Assembly (NCBI RefSeq): GCF_025699065.1
Contig: NZ_JAILWF010000001.1
Coordinates: forward strand, 25,626 to 57,625
Direction: 5' to 3'
Source: Nitrosarchaeum sp.
Lineage (GTDB): Archaea > Thermoproteota > Nitrososphaeria > Nitrososphaerales > Nitrosopumilaceae
Length of the DNA stretch: 32,000 bases
The notes under the pieces are model-generated. The model was not told where the DNA came from, made no database searches, and saw only the letters and a program-made list of their open reading frames with translations. Made by a program: the position numbers and the translations under genes. Positions 1 to 8,585 of this stretch are shown here, one piece after another; the first letter of the stretch is position 1, and every line of letters starts with the position of its first letter.

Positions 1-2000
1 AAGAAAGAGGAATTACAATTTACCAAGCAAACGTAACTTTACACTTTACACAAAAAGACAAAGAATATGTCATTAACATGATCGATACACCTGGACACGT
101 GGATTTCAGTGGAAGGGTAATTCGTAGTCTTAGGGCAATCGACGGTGCAACCGTAGTCTGTGATGCAGTCGAGGGAATCATGACCCAGACTGAGACTGTA
201 ACAAGAATGGCCCTTGAAGAAAGAGTACGCCCTGTTTTATTTATCAACAAAGTAGATAGATTAATCAAAGAATTACGTTTGACACCAGAAAAAATGCAAG
301 AGACACTTGCAGGTGTAGTGTCTAGCTTTAATCAGCTAGTTGATACTTATGCTGAACCTGAATACAAAGACAAATGGAAAGTATCTATCCAGGATGCTAG
401 CGTTACATTTGGTTCTGCCAAAGACAAATGGGCATTTAACGTAGATATTATGAAAGAGAAAGGAATTACATTCAAAGATGTCATTGATGCTTACAAAAAT
501 GAAAAAGTAGAAGACTTGGTAGCACGAGCTCCCTTGGCTGATGCAGTATTGGGAATGGTAGTAAAACACGTTCCACCACCACACGTTGCTCAAAAGTACA
601 GAATTCCGCAAATTTGGAAAGGTGATCTTGATTCTGATATTGGTAAAGCCCTCTTGGCATGCAGTGATGACGGACCAACAATCATGATGGTTGTCAACAT
701 GGTCTTGGATCCTGCAGCAGGTCCTGTTGCAATTGGTAGATTATTTTCTGGAACAATAAAAGATGGACAAACAGTAAACATCATTGATGCAAAAAGAGAG
801 GGAAGAGTTCAATCTGTAAACTTTTTCATGGGAAACCAAAGAGAACAAGTCGGTGAGCTTGGTGCAGGAAATATTCCGGCATTATTAGGATTAACTGAAG
901 CTAGAGCAGGAAATACAATCTCGTCTGTCAAAGGAATTCCAATGTTTGAAGGAGTCAAGTATGTATCAGAACCTGTTGTGCAAGTTGCAATAGAACCAAA
1001 ACATCCAAAGGACTTGCCAAAACTTGTCGAGGTCCTCAAACAACTAACAATTGAGGATCCTAACCTTGTAGTGAAAATTGATGAAGAGTCTGGCGAAACA
1101 CTTGTAGCTGGAATGGGTGTGTTACATCTTGATGTTGCAACACATAGAATTCAAGACGCCAAAGTAGAAATCATCACATCTGAGCCACTTATCAATTACC
1201 GAGAAACCGTAAAAGGAACATGTGAGCCAATCATGTCAAAATCTCCAAACAGACACAACAAGATTTTCATGAAAGTAGAGCCATTGGAGCCAGCAATTGC
1301 ACACATGCTTAGAACTGGTGAAATCAGCGACATGAAAGACAAGAAAGTAGTAGCTGACCTTCTAAAGGGTGCAGGATGGGATACTGATACAATTAAGAGA
1401 ATTATGAAACTAGACCCACGTGGAAACGTAATGATTAACGGAACAAAAGGTGTCCAGTTTATTCAAGAGTCAACTGATTCTATTAACTCTGGATTTGAGG
1501 AAGTAATGAAAGAAGGCCCGCTTTGCAAAGAGCAGATGAGGGACTGCAAATTCATCTTTACTCACTTTGTACCTCACGAAGATACTGCACACCGTGGTCT
1601 CTCACAACTAGGACCTGCATCTAGACGTGCATGTATGGGAGCTTTACTAACTGCAGGAACTACGATTTTAGAGCCGATGCTTGCAATTGAGGTAAGGGTT
1701 CCAACTGACTTGGTAGGAAACGTAGCAACAGTTCTTTCTGGCAAACGTGGAAAGGTACTTGACATGCAACAAAAAGGCGCTGCAAGTATTATCGTTGGCG
1801 AAATCCCAGCATCTGAGACTTTTACTTTATCTGAAGCAATGAGAGGACAAACAGCAGGACGTGCAACATGGAATACATCCTTTAAGGCATGGACTGAATT
1901 ACCAAAATCCATTGCTGCAACTGCAATTGCAGAAATCAGAAAGAGAAAAGGACTTGCACCAAATCCTCCTGGAATCGAAGAATACATCGATAGAGAATAA
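1..2000 (+). CDS. fusA: Translation elongation factor 2 (aEF-2), 5'-truncated by the window edge
   Basis: The frame is open from base 3 (ERGITIYQANVTLHF...), upstream of the tracked Met at 78. G-domain motifs DTPGHVDF and NKVDR are present. The diphthamide-site context HEDTAHRG lies near the C-terminus. The P-loop is absent, so the gene begins left of the window. Confidence 0.97.
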   Translation, partial: ERGITIYQANVTLHFTQKDKEYVINMIDTPGHVDFSGRVIRSLRAIDGATVVCDAVEGIMTQTETVTRMALEERVRPVLFINKVDRLIKELRLTPEKMQETLAGVVSSFNQLVDTYAEPEYKDKWKVSIQDASVTFGSAKDKWAFNVDIMKEKGITFKDVIDAYKNEKVEDLVARAPLADAVLGMVVKHVPPPHVAQKYRIPQIWKGDLDSDIGKALLACSDDGPTIMMVVNMVLDPAAGPVAIGRLFSGTIKDGQTVNIIDAKREGRVQSVNFFMGNQREQVGELGAGNIPALLGLTEARAGNTISSVKGIPMFEGVKYVSEPVVQVAIEPKHPKDLPKLVEVLKQLTIEDPNLVVKIDEESGETLVAGMGVLHLDVATHRIQDAKVEIITSEPLINYRETVKGTCEPIMSKSPNRHNKIFMKVEPLEPAIAHMLRTGEISDMKDKKVVADLLKGAGWDTDTIKRIMKLDPRGNVMINGTKGVQFIQESTDSINSGFEEVMKEGPLCKEQMRDCKFIFTHFVPHEDTAHRGLSQLGPASRRACMGALLTAGTTILEPMLAIEVRVPTDLVGNVATVLSGKRGKVLDMQQKGAASIIVGEIPASETFTLSEAMRGQTAGRATWNTSFKAWTELPKSIAATAIAEIRKRKGLAPNPPGIEEYIDRE

Positions 2001-2179
2001 AAATAGAACACCCACTGTTTACTCGCAAAAACATGCGCTTGACTAAAATTATGATGAATTATGTTTCGTTGGAAAGAGTTTATGATTTATAGTAATTATC
2101 AAGTTACTTTTTTAATATATCCTGTAACAATTTAAATTCAGTAAATTTTTTATCCTCAATCAATTCGAATCGGAGATAG

Positions 2180-2665
2180 TTGATTCAAGATTTTATCACC
2201 GAAACTGAGATTCGAATTTTAATTGGTTTTGGTTTTTCATTGCTTGCAGGAGTAATAATAGGTATTGAAAGAGAGAGTCGTGGCAAACCAGCTGGCATAA
2301 GCACTCACACTCTTGTAATATGCGGTTCAATGGTATTCACATTTTTGTCCTCACAGGTTGATCCTGCATCTACAACAAGAATTGCAGCATATGTTGTTGG
2401 CGGAATAGGATTTTTGGGGGCAGGCATGATAATAAAAGGAGGAAAAGACATCTACAATCTCACAACAGCTGCAAGCATATGGTTTGCAGCCTCCATTGGT
2501 ATGGCTATTGGATTTGAATATTACTTTCTTGCAATTATTGGAATTGTGGTATGTGCGCTTACTCCCCGTATCCCTCATTTTCAAAAAATTTCACGAAGAA
2601 ATGGAAAAAAATCTGAAGGTGTAAATACCGAAGACGATTATACTCAACCGTTAGATTCTGATTAA
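2180..2665 (+). CDS. MgtC/SapB-family integral membrane protein
   Basis: 161 aa starting at TTG. Contains the motif IERESRGKPAGISTHTLVICGS followed by several hydrophobic helices, as in the MgtC N-terminal membrane domain. Confidence 0.8.
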   Translation: MIQDFITETEIRILIGFGFSLLAGVIIGIERESRGKPAGISTHTLVICGSMVFTFLSSQVDPASTTRIAAYVVGGIGFLGAGMIIKGGKDIYNLTTAASIWFAASIGMAIGFEYYFLAIIGIVVCALTPRIPHFQKISRRNGKKSEGVNTEDDYTQPLDSD

Positions 2666-2703
2666 AAATTTAGAAATATTATTCGTAAATCTTTTTGCTA
2701 ATC

Positions 2704-4038
2704 TCAGTTTGTTTTATGACCTAAAAATTTTTCAAAATACATTTTATCTATAAGATTATGAAATTTACGATAAGTTATGTTGTGAGATGAGAAATTTTTC
2801 TTTGGTTCAGATATCTGATGTTTTATTTCTGAATCTTGTCCATGTTTAGATAATGTTCTGTAGATAAATGGTTTAGCAATTACCGGAGTAATTATTGTAG
2901 TAAGAAAACCTATTGCAATTACAACTGAAAACAACGCTGTATCAATTAGTCCTAAGGAATACCCAATTGACGCAATAGCCATCTCTACCATTCCTCTTCC
3001 ATTCATAAGACAGCCTATGGCAACGCTTTCGTTATTTGAAAATCTTGTAATTCTTGCTGCAAGAAATCCGCCGACAATTTTTGATGCAACTGCCACAGAA
3101 AATAACGCAAGAAAGAGTGGCGCAGAATCTGTTAGTGACATAAGATCAAACTCTAAACCTATGAAGACAAAGAAAAGAGGCGCAAAAAAGCCAAAGGTAA
3201 TTCCAGAGATTAATTTAGAATTATGATGGTGTATCTTTTCTCCCCAAAATTTACTGCCAAAAATTAATCCAGCAAAAAATGCACCAATAATAAAATGAAG
3301 ATTAAAGTAATGCGCAAACAATGCAATTGAAATTCCAAGCGATAAAAGAATTCCAACACTTGCTTCTTTTGTTTTTAGTTTTTCAATAAATGGCTCAACT
3401 CTTTGAGAAGTAATGTTGGTCTTTTTCATGACAAAAACTACTGCTGCAAGCACTGCAAAAAAGATAGTAATTTTTGCACCCATTAACCCTACTTCATAAT
3501 AATCAAATGAAGTCTGTGTGCCTGTTGGATAAATGAGAATTAAAGAAAACACAATCATTGCCATGATGTCGTTGATTAGAGCTGCAGTGATCACCGTTGT
3601 TCCAATTTTACTCTTCAAGATTCCAAATTCCATAAGTATCATCGAGCTTACTGGAATTGCTGTAATTGATAACAGTAAACCTACAAAAAGTGATTGTATT
3701 TGTCCTAGACCAAAAAATAGACTTGTATAATATCCAGACACAAATGGGATGGTAAATCCAACAATGGCAAGTAAAAACGCAGGTTTAGTTGATTTTCGAA
3801 TTTCACTTAGATTCAATTCAAGACCTGCCATGAATATCAAGAAAAACACGGCAACATTTGCGAGAATTGTCATGGAATCATCAGGTGAAAGAATTGCCAA
3901 AAGAGATGGTCCTAAAATTACTCCTGCCAGCAATTCTCCAACAAGGGAGGGTTGTTTCATCCGACGGAATAATTCCCCTAGTATTCGAGCTAACGCTAGA
4001 GAAAGTACAAGTGTTAAAAGCAAATGTTCTATTTGCAA
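2704..4038 (-). CDS. Cation:proton antiporter, CPA2 (Kef/NapA-like) family
   Basis: 444 aa and polytopic. The N-terminus LALARILGELFRRMKQPSLVGELLAGVILGPSLL is the classic CPA2 opening. No KTN/TrkA domain is seen. Confidence 0.85.
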   Translation of the reverse strand: MQIEHLLLTLVLSLALARILGELFRRMKQPSLVGELLAGVILGPSLLAILSPDDSMTILANVAVFFLIFMAGLELNLSEIRKSTKPAFLLAIVGFTIPFVSGYYTSLFFGLGQIQSLFVGLLLSITAIPVSSMILMEFGILKSKIGTTVITAALINDIMAMIVFSLILIYPTGTQTSFDYYEVGLMGAKITIFFAVLAAVVFVMKKTNITSQRVEPFIEKLKTKEASVGILLSLGISIALFAHYFNLHFIIGAFFAGLIFGSKFWGEKIHHHNSKLISGITFGFFAPLFFVFIGLEFDLMSLTDSAPLFLALFSVAVASKIVGGFLAARITRFSNNESVAIGCLMNGRGMVEMAIASIGYSLGLIDTALFSVVIAIGFLTTIITPVIAKPFIYRTLSKHGQDSEIKHQISEPKKNFSSHNITYRKFHNLIDKMYFEKFLGHKTN

Positions 4039-4188
4039 CTAGTAATTACTTTGTAACACTGATTAAATCCTAGATTTTTTTGAAAAAAACAACACCCAGT
4101 TTAAATATGAAAAACAAAGTCAGATACAAAATTGTTTTAGGGTATGATGATAAAATTAATCTAAAAGATCCTTCATAACATAATCGTT

Positions 4189-4404
4189 ATGAAAGAAGCC
4201 GATGTCAAAGAGGCACTAGAGATGCTTGCAACTTGGGCTGACGTCACCAGGACAAAAATTACCGAGCTTCAAGAAGCACTAAGAAACATCACCTCTTTAG
4301 TTGAGATGCGAAGATACGAATCATTACTAAATAATGAATTAAATGACATCAAAAACATCGAACGTCTTATCCAACTAATTCGATCTGAGCAACCAAACCC
4401 TTAA
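4189..4404 (+). CDS. Helical mini-protein (71 aa), paralogue of 15469..15675
   Basis: ATG start. Aligns without gaps to the 15469 ORF product over the first 31 residues (ALxML, W/F-AD, R, ITEL). Confidence 0.6.
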   Translation: MKEADVKEALEMLATWADVTRTKITELQEALRNITSLVEMRRYESLLNNELNDIKNIERLIQLIRSEQPNP

Positions 4405-4429
4405 GTTCATTTCATTATTTTACGTCTCA

Positions 4430-4639
4430 TTGAATGAGCCTCAACGAAGATCAAAGGCATGGTATGTTTTGCCAATTGTTTTTGGAATTATTGGAGGTCT
4501 AGTTTCGTACTTTATTGTAAAAAAGGATGATCCAAAATTAGGAAAAAACTGTCTCATTGTTGGCGTTATTCATTTTATCATTGATATCGTTATTGGAGTT
4601 ATCATGATAATGTTTTCTGAATTTGATCGTTTGACATAA
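4430..4639 (+). CDS. Small two-TM membrane protein
   Basis: 69 aa with a TTG start and no in-frame ATG. Two hydrophobic helices (WYVLPIVFGIIGGLVSYFIV and LIVGVIHFIIDIVIGVIMIMF) are separated by KKDDPKLGKN. Confidence 0.5.
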   Translation: MNEPQRRSKAWYVLPIVFGIIGGLVSYFIVKKDDPKLGKNCLIVGVIHFIIDIVIGVIMIMFSEFDRLT

Positions 4640-4691
4640 TTTTCAATAATTGCAAAATCTTTAAGTCTCGAATTTTCCAAAAATTACTTAA

Positions 4692-4922
4692 TTGGATTTT
4701 AAAAATGATTTAGAGGCATTACAAACTGCTATTCTTGAGACAGAGCAAAGAATCAAAAAGCTTGAGAAACATAAGGAATCTGTAACCAAAGAACTTGAAG
4801 AATCTAGATCTGATTCCTTGGTTGAAACTCTAAGAAGACTAGAACGTAACTTGGATGATCTGCATTACAAGCTGGAATTTTTAATTTCAGAAAGAGACTC
4901 TAAAAACAAAGACATGACTTGA
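4692..4922 (+). CDS. Coiled-coil mini-protein (76 aa), hypothetical
   Basis: TTG start. Heptad-like charged sequence (TEQRIKKLEKHKESVTKELEE...). No homology recognised. Confidence 0.4.
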   Translation: MDFKNDLEALQTAILETEQRIKKLEKHKESVTKELEESRSDSLVETLRRLERNLDDLHYKLEFLISERDSKNKDMT

Positions 4923-4971
4923 TATTTTATATTTTCGTAACGTTTATGAAAATATGAAAACCTAAAACAAC

Positions 4972-5355
4972 ATGTCACACATTGAGCTGATAAAAAAATT
5001 CTATGACGCTTTTAAAAATAAAGACACTGAAAAGTACCCTCTGTTTTGTAATGAAAAAATAGAATGGATAACAATGGATGGGATGCCAAACGGCGGAAAA
5101 TATGTCGGATTAGAAGCAATCTTTGGAGATTATTTTCCTGGTATGCTGAAAAATTTTTCAGAATTTCATGCAGTTGCTGAACAGTTTTTGGATGCTGTTG
5201 ATAACGTTATAGTCATTGGAAGGTATCAAGGCATCTCAAAAAAAGGCAACAAGTTTGATGTTCCCTTTTCACACGTTTACCAGATAAAAGACAACAAAAT
5301 TACTCAATTCAGACAATTCACTGACACAAAGAAGATTCAAGATTCTCTTGTTTGA
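4972..5355 (+). CDS. SnoaL-like / NTF2-fold protein
   Basis: 127 aa. Begins IELIKKFYDAFKNKD and ends ...HVYQIKDNKITQFRQFTD, the typical SnoaL/ketosteroid-isomerase-like pattern. Confidence 0.7.
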   Translation: MSHIELIKKFYDAFKNKDTEKYPLFCNEKIEWITMDGMPNGGKYVGLEAIFGDYFPGMLKNFSEFHAVAEQFLDAVDNVIVIGRYQGISKKGNKFDVPFSHVYQIKDNKITQFRQFTDTKKIQDSLV

Positions 5356-5416
5356 TCACGCCATTTTATGATGGATGATTGGTTTTTAGATAATGATAAA
5401 TATATGACCTGTATAT

Positions 5417-5432
5417 ACTAGGTCGACCTAGT
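5417..5432. promoter_or_regulatory. Perfect 16-bp palindrome ACTAGGTCGACCTAGT (candidate operator)
   Basis: Read directly from the sequence. It lies between an AT-rich TATA-like element (ATAAATATAT, 5396..5405) and the start codon of the wHTH gene, overlapping that codon. Confidence 0.3.
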
Positions 5433-6018
5433 GATGATAACTCATGTTGAGCCTACATTGGAATTATACGAGCGTGAAAGGATAATTTTTGAATGCATAA
5501 AAAACAACCCTGAAATGCACCATAATGCTCTGTTAAAGAAGATTGTGCCAGAGTATATGGCAAAAACAACCTTTGAGAAGACCAGGGATTCGCTAATTGA
5601 CAAAGAGATTATCTTTGTAGAGAAAAAGGCAAACATGAAATTTTATGTTCCAACATCAAACTATTCTACAAAATTTCAGCAACATGTTGAAAGGATTACA
5701 AACACTGCATTTCACAATCTTAAAAACTACATAAAAAAACTAGACGAAGATTACCGCCACAAAGACGTAAACGAAAAGATCAAAATTACAAATTCTGTAC
5801 TGAAAAACCTGCTGCAAACTGACAACGGATTCACACTTTTGGATTCAAACAAAAATCCAAAAAAAACTCTATACCGTGATGAGCATCTAGAAATCCAGCA
5901 ACTAATCCATCATGTCTTTGACATAATTCAAAATGATAAAGATCACGATACAATTTTTCCAACAGTGATGAGCTATCTTTATTCAAGTATGCCTAAAAGC
6001 TATCAGGAAGTAGAATAA
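5431..6018 (+). CDS. Putative winged-helix DNA-binding protein with C-terminal helical domain
   Basis: 195 aa. The N-terminal ~70 aa (ERIIFECIKNNPEMHHNALLKKI...TRDSLIDKEIIFVEKK) look like a wHTH. The start is GTG 5431 or ATG 5434. A 16-bp palindrome overlaps the start. Confidence 0.5.
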   Translation: MMITHVEPTLELYERERIIFECIKNNPEMHHNALLKKIVPEYMAKTTFEKTRDSLIDKEIIFVEKKANMKFYVPTSNYSTKFQQHVERITNTAFHNLKNYIKKLDEDYRHKDVNEKIKITNSVLKNLLQTDNGFTLLDSNKNPKKTLYRDEHLEIQQLIHHVFDIIQNDKDHDTIFPTVMSYLYSSMPKSYQEVE

Positions 6019-6056
6019 CTTGAGACTCGTTTTTATTCTGGAGTGTTTAACCATCT

Positions 6057-6305
6057 GTGAAAATGGGACTTCTTTACACTAAATTCTATATTGATTTTGA
6101 ACCAACAGAGTGGAAAGAATTATCAAGCAATCCCGTAATTTTTGAAACTATTGCAGACGGTGTTTCTCTGGAGATTTATGACACGTCTCAAAATTCATAC
6201 AAACTAAAATTCAGAAAAGGCGGTAGAATACAGATATTTCGAGTAGTTGGAAAATTCCGTCTAACTTGGGATGACAACGATCTCATTTTGGAAAACAAGC
6301 AATAA
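6057..6305 (+). CDS. Hypothetical protein (probable ATG start at 6063)
   Basis: 82-aa ORF with non-repetitive composition. No motif recognised. Confidence 0.45.
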   Translation: MKMGLLYTKFYIDFEPTEWKELSSNPVIFETIADGVSLEIYDTSQNSYKLKFRKGGRIQIFRVVGKFRLTWDDNDLILENKQ

Positions 6306-6336
6306 AGTAATAATGGGATTTGTTCTAGTTTGAATA

Positions 6337-6570
6337 ATGTCGCTGCAAGATCAAGTCAAAGAGATTCTAAATAATTTTGATAATGTCTCATCTGATAAAA
6401 TCATAGATATTCTAAACCAGATTCAACCCCATCTTAAAAGTGAAATTACCCAAGACTACCTAAAAGGGAAGATTAATGGTATTTTAGGCATGACTGATGA
6501 GGCTGAAAAGAAAAAGTTCTGCAAGACCCTGATGCCTTACCTTGATTGGTATGTTCAAGGAAATACCTAA
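6337..6570 (+). CDS. Hypothetical protein (77 aa)
   Basis: ATG-started ORF with helical-looking sequence. No motif recognised. Confidence 0.45.
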   Translation: MSLQDQVKEILNNFDNVSSDKIIDILNQIQPHLKSEITQDYLKGKINGILGMTDEAEKKKFCKTLMPYLDWYVQGNT

Positions 6571-6992
6571 TCTGAAAATTGGTTGATTTTATCTAGTGCG
6601 TTTTTTACTAAGTCTAGGTCTTTTTTTACAAACGGCAAATCTCCGACCAGTTTTAAAAAATACTCGTGTCCGGTATTTTGCGCCTTGTTGATATCTGACT
6701 CGTAACATGAGAGCGCCTTTACAAGAAATGATCTGTCCTCACTTAGCGAGTTTAGAACCATATCATCTGACAGCGCATCTTTGATCTTTTTTGTCATCTC
6801 ATCTATCTTTGGAATTGTCTTCATGGCTTCTTGCTGAAGCAGTGAGCCAAACATTGCTGATGAGTCCTTTAACTCAGGGCTGCTCCCAAGAGTTTTTAGT
6901 CTTTTTTTATAATGATTCAATGATCTTAGAATAATTTCGTATCCTCCCTCGTCTTTGAGATAAATTGCACCAAGCCAAATCTTGTCTGACAA
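6567..6992 (-). CDS. Hypothetical protein (141 aa)
   Basis: ATG-started ORF. Its stop overlaps the stop of the convergent 6337..6570 ORF within CTAA. No motif recognised. Confidence 0.55.
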   Translation of the reverse strand: MSDKIWLGAIYLKDEGGYEIILRSLNHYKKRLKTLGSSPELKDSSAMFGSLLQQEAMKTIPKIDEMTKKIKDALSDDMVLNSLSEDRSFLVKALSCYESDINKAQNTGHEYFLKLVGDLPFVKKDLDLVKNALDKINQFSD

Positions 6993-7106
6993 TTTTTAAA
7001 GTTAAATCGCAGTCCTATTATAATTTTTGAACTGACTATTTTTGGATGATTGGCACTAGTATGATTTCTTCTTTCTATTAATATATCAGAATCACGTAAT
7101 TGAACT

Positions 7107-7298
7107 ATGAATATCAAAAATGAATTTGGTATGATCCAACTGCTTGCATGCTGTCCTAACTGCAATGGCTCTGCTCTTTACTGTGGAAAGATACCAACTG
7201 CAATAAAAGAAATGGCAAACAAGGAAGTATTATTTTGCAAACAGTGCAAGTTTATTGTTCCCGTAGAGGAATTCAAAAATATATTGGCTAGCTGCTAA
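7107..7298 (+). CDS. Zn-ribbon mini-protein (63 aa)
   Basis: Two CxxC pairs (CPNC ... CKQC) with the spacing expected for a zinc ribbon. Confidence 0.5.
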   Translation: MNIKNEFGMIQLLACCPNCNGSALYCGKIPTAIKEMANKEVLFCKQCKFIVPVEEFKNILASC

Positions 7299-7313
7299 AA
7301 CTAGAAAATAATT

Positions 7314-7571
7314 CTAATCTTGTAAGTTGGGATGTTCGTCATAGTCTTCAATGATTGGAGCCGGCTTTCTATTCATAAGATACAGCAAAAATCCTGCTAT
7401 GGATACGCCTATCCCAAGCAACCCGGTAAATGTCCCTGTGTGTTTTATTGCAGAAAAGAATTTTTTCTCATCAGGATCTGTAGTTGTTACACCTTGCATT
7501 CCATAAAACAATATCAAACCAAACAAAATCATAACTCCACCTGCAATAACGATTACAGTCCCGCTTTTCAT
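7314..7571 (-). CDS. Small two-TM membrane protein (85 aa)
   Basis: Hydrophobic helices VIVIAGGVMILFGLILFYG and FTGLLGIGVSIAGFLLYL. The overlapping + strand ORF 7332..7574 looks like an antisense artefact. Confidence 0.55.
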   Translation of the reverse strand: MKSGTVIVIAGGVMILFGLILFYGMQGVTTTDPDEKKFFSAIKHTGTFTGLLGIGVSIAGFLLYLMNRKPAPIIEDYDEHPNLQD

Positions 7572-7692
7572 TAAATTCTAAACCTTGTTCCATCTAATAA
7601 ATATCGATATTTTTTATTTCAAATTTTTCCAAAAAAATGTGGTTGATTTTATACACCGTAATCCCTTTAACTCAAAACAACTTTTGTCTTGT

Positions 7693-8505
7693 ATGAATGT
7701 CTTGTTTTTGATCTTTATTCTGACGATATCTTCTGTGTCTTTTAGTAGTGCAGCATTTGCGGCAAGTTATGACATCAACATGCCGACTGGCTCTGCAAGT
7801 CCTGACGCCCCATTTTTTTGGCAAAATGAAAAATCTGGATTAGCTACTGGTGACATTGATATCTCTGTTGGAGATACTGTTGTATGGCAAAACGCAGATA
7901 CTGCAAAACATACCATTACATCTGGAACTGTCGAGGACGGGCCTGATGGCATCTTTGGTGGCTCAAATTTTATCTCGCCTGGGCAATCATACAAATTTAC
8001 TTTTACACAAACCGGTCAATTCCCGTACTATTGTCTGATTCATCCTTGGATGACTGGAACAGTCTTTGTCACAGATGGGACCAAAATAATTAACCAAGTC
8101 GGAAAGACAGTAGGTGATGGCTCTACGACATTTAACGTGGAGTATCTTTCTGACAGACTTCTTACTGTGAGTGCAATTGACGAGGACCAAAAATCAATCA
8201 CGTTTGAGATAATTGGAAACGCTAAATCCGACGATGGAACATTGAAAATTAAATTACATTCTGATCTAATTGATGGTCCGTTTGTAATTTTTATTGACGG
8301 AAAAAAGATCACCGACTTTGATGATACAAATGAAGATGACATCTCCACGGTAACTGTTGTGCTGCCAAATGATGCAAAATTGCTCACAATAATAGGAACG
8401 TCTGTTGTACCTGAATTTGGAGTCATGTCAATTGTAATACTTGCAGTTGCTACCACGATTATCATGTTTGCAAGCCAAAAATCTGGATTTAAAATAAAAC
8501 TCTGA
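7693..8505 (+). CDS. Secreted type-1 (blue) copper protein, cupredoxin fold, with extra beta-rich domain and PEFG-type C-terminal anchor
   Basis: Signal peptide MNVLFLIFILTISSVSFSSAAFA from ATG 7693; the tracked start at 7585 adds an implausible leader. Cu ligands are H (AKHTITSG) and C-x2-H-x2-M (YYCLIHPWM). The C-terminus is PEFG, then a TM helix, then a basic tail (KSGFKIKL). Confidence 0.85.
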   Translation: MNVLFLIFILTISSVSFSSAAFAASYDINMPTGSASPDAPFFWQNEKSGLATGDIDISVGDTVVWQNADTAKHTITSGTVEDGPDGIFGGSNFISPGQSYKFTFTQTGQFPYYCLIHPWMTGTVFVTDGTKIINQVGKTVGDGSTTFNVEYLSDRLLTVSAIDEDQKSITFEIIGNAKSDDGTLKIKLHSDLIDGPFVIFIDGKKITDFDDTNEDDISTVTVVLPNDAKLLTIIGTSVVPEFGVMSIVILAVATTIIMFASQKSGFKIKL

Positions 8506-8585
8506 TCGGAATCATTTTAAATTTATGAAAATGTGAAATTTGTTTACCTGTTTTTTTATACTTTAGCAAACTATCTCAAAAGTGA

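Noticed and set aside
20-2011. Several minus-strand ORFs (20..268, 336..611, 481..681, 590..784, 809..1039, 1574..2011) and the plus-strand ORF 1861..2046
   Set aside because: All lie inside or antisense to the confidently identified aEF-2 gene. Their low-complexity or Cys/Ser-rich products are typical frame artefacts.
2051-2057. ATGATGA C-box-like motifs (also at 4144 and 17580) as possible C/D-box sRNAs
   Set aside because: No CTGA D box or terminal complementary stem lies within 50-80 nt. ATGATGA is expected by chance in AT-rich DNA.
2163-2172. TTCGAATC motif resembling a tRNA T-loop
   Set aside because: No flanking acceptor, D or anticodon stems can be built. It lies just upstream of the MgtC-family gene start.
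7585-7692. N-terminal 36-codon extension of the blue copper protein ORF
   Set aside because: The extension (MFHLINIDIFYFKFFQKN...) precedes a perfect signal peptide that starts at ATG 7693. It lies in AT-rich promoter-like sequence.
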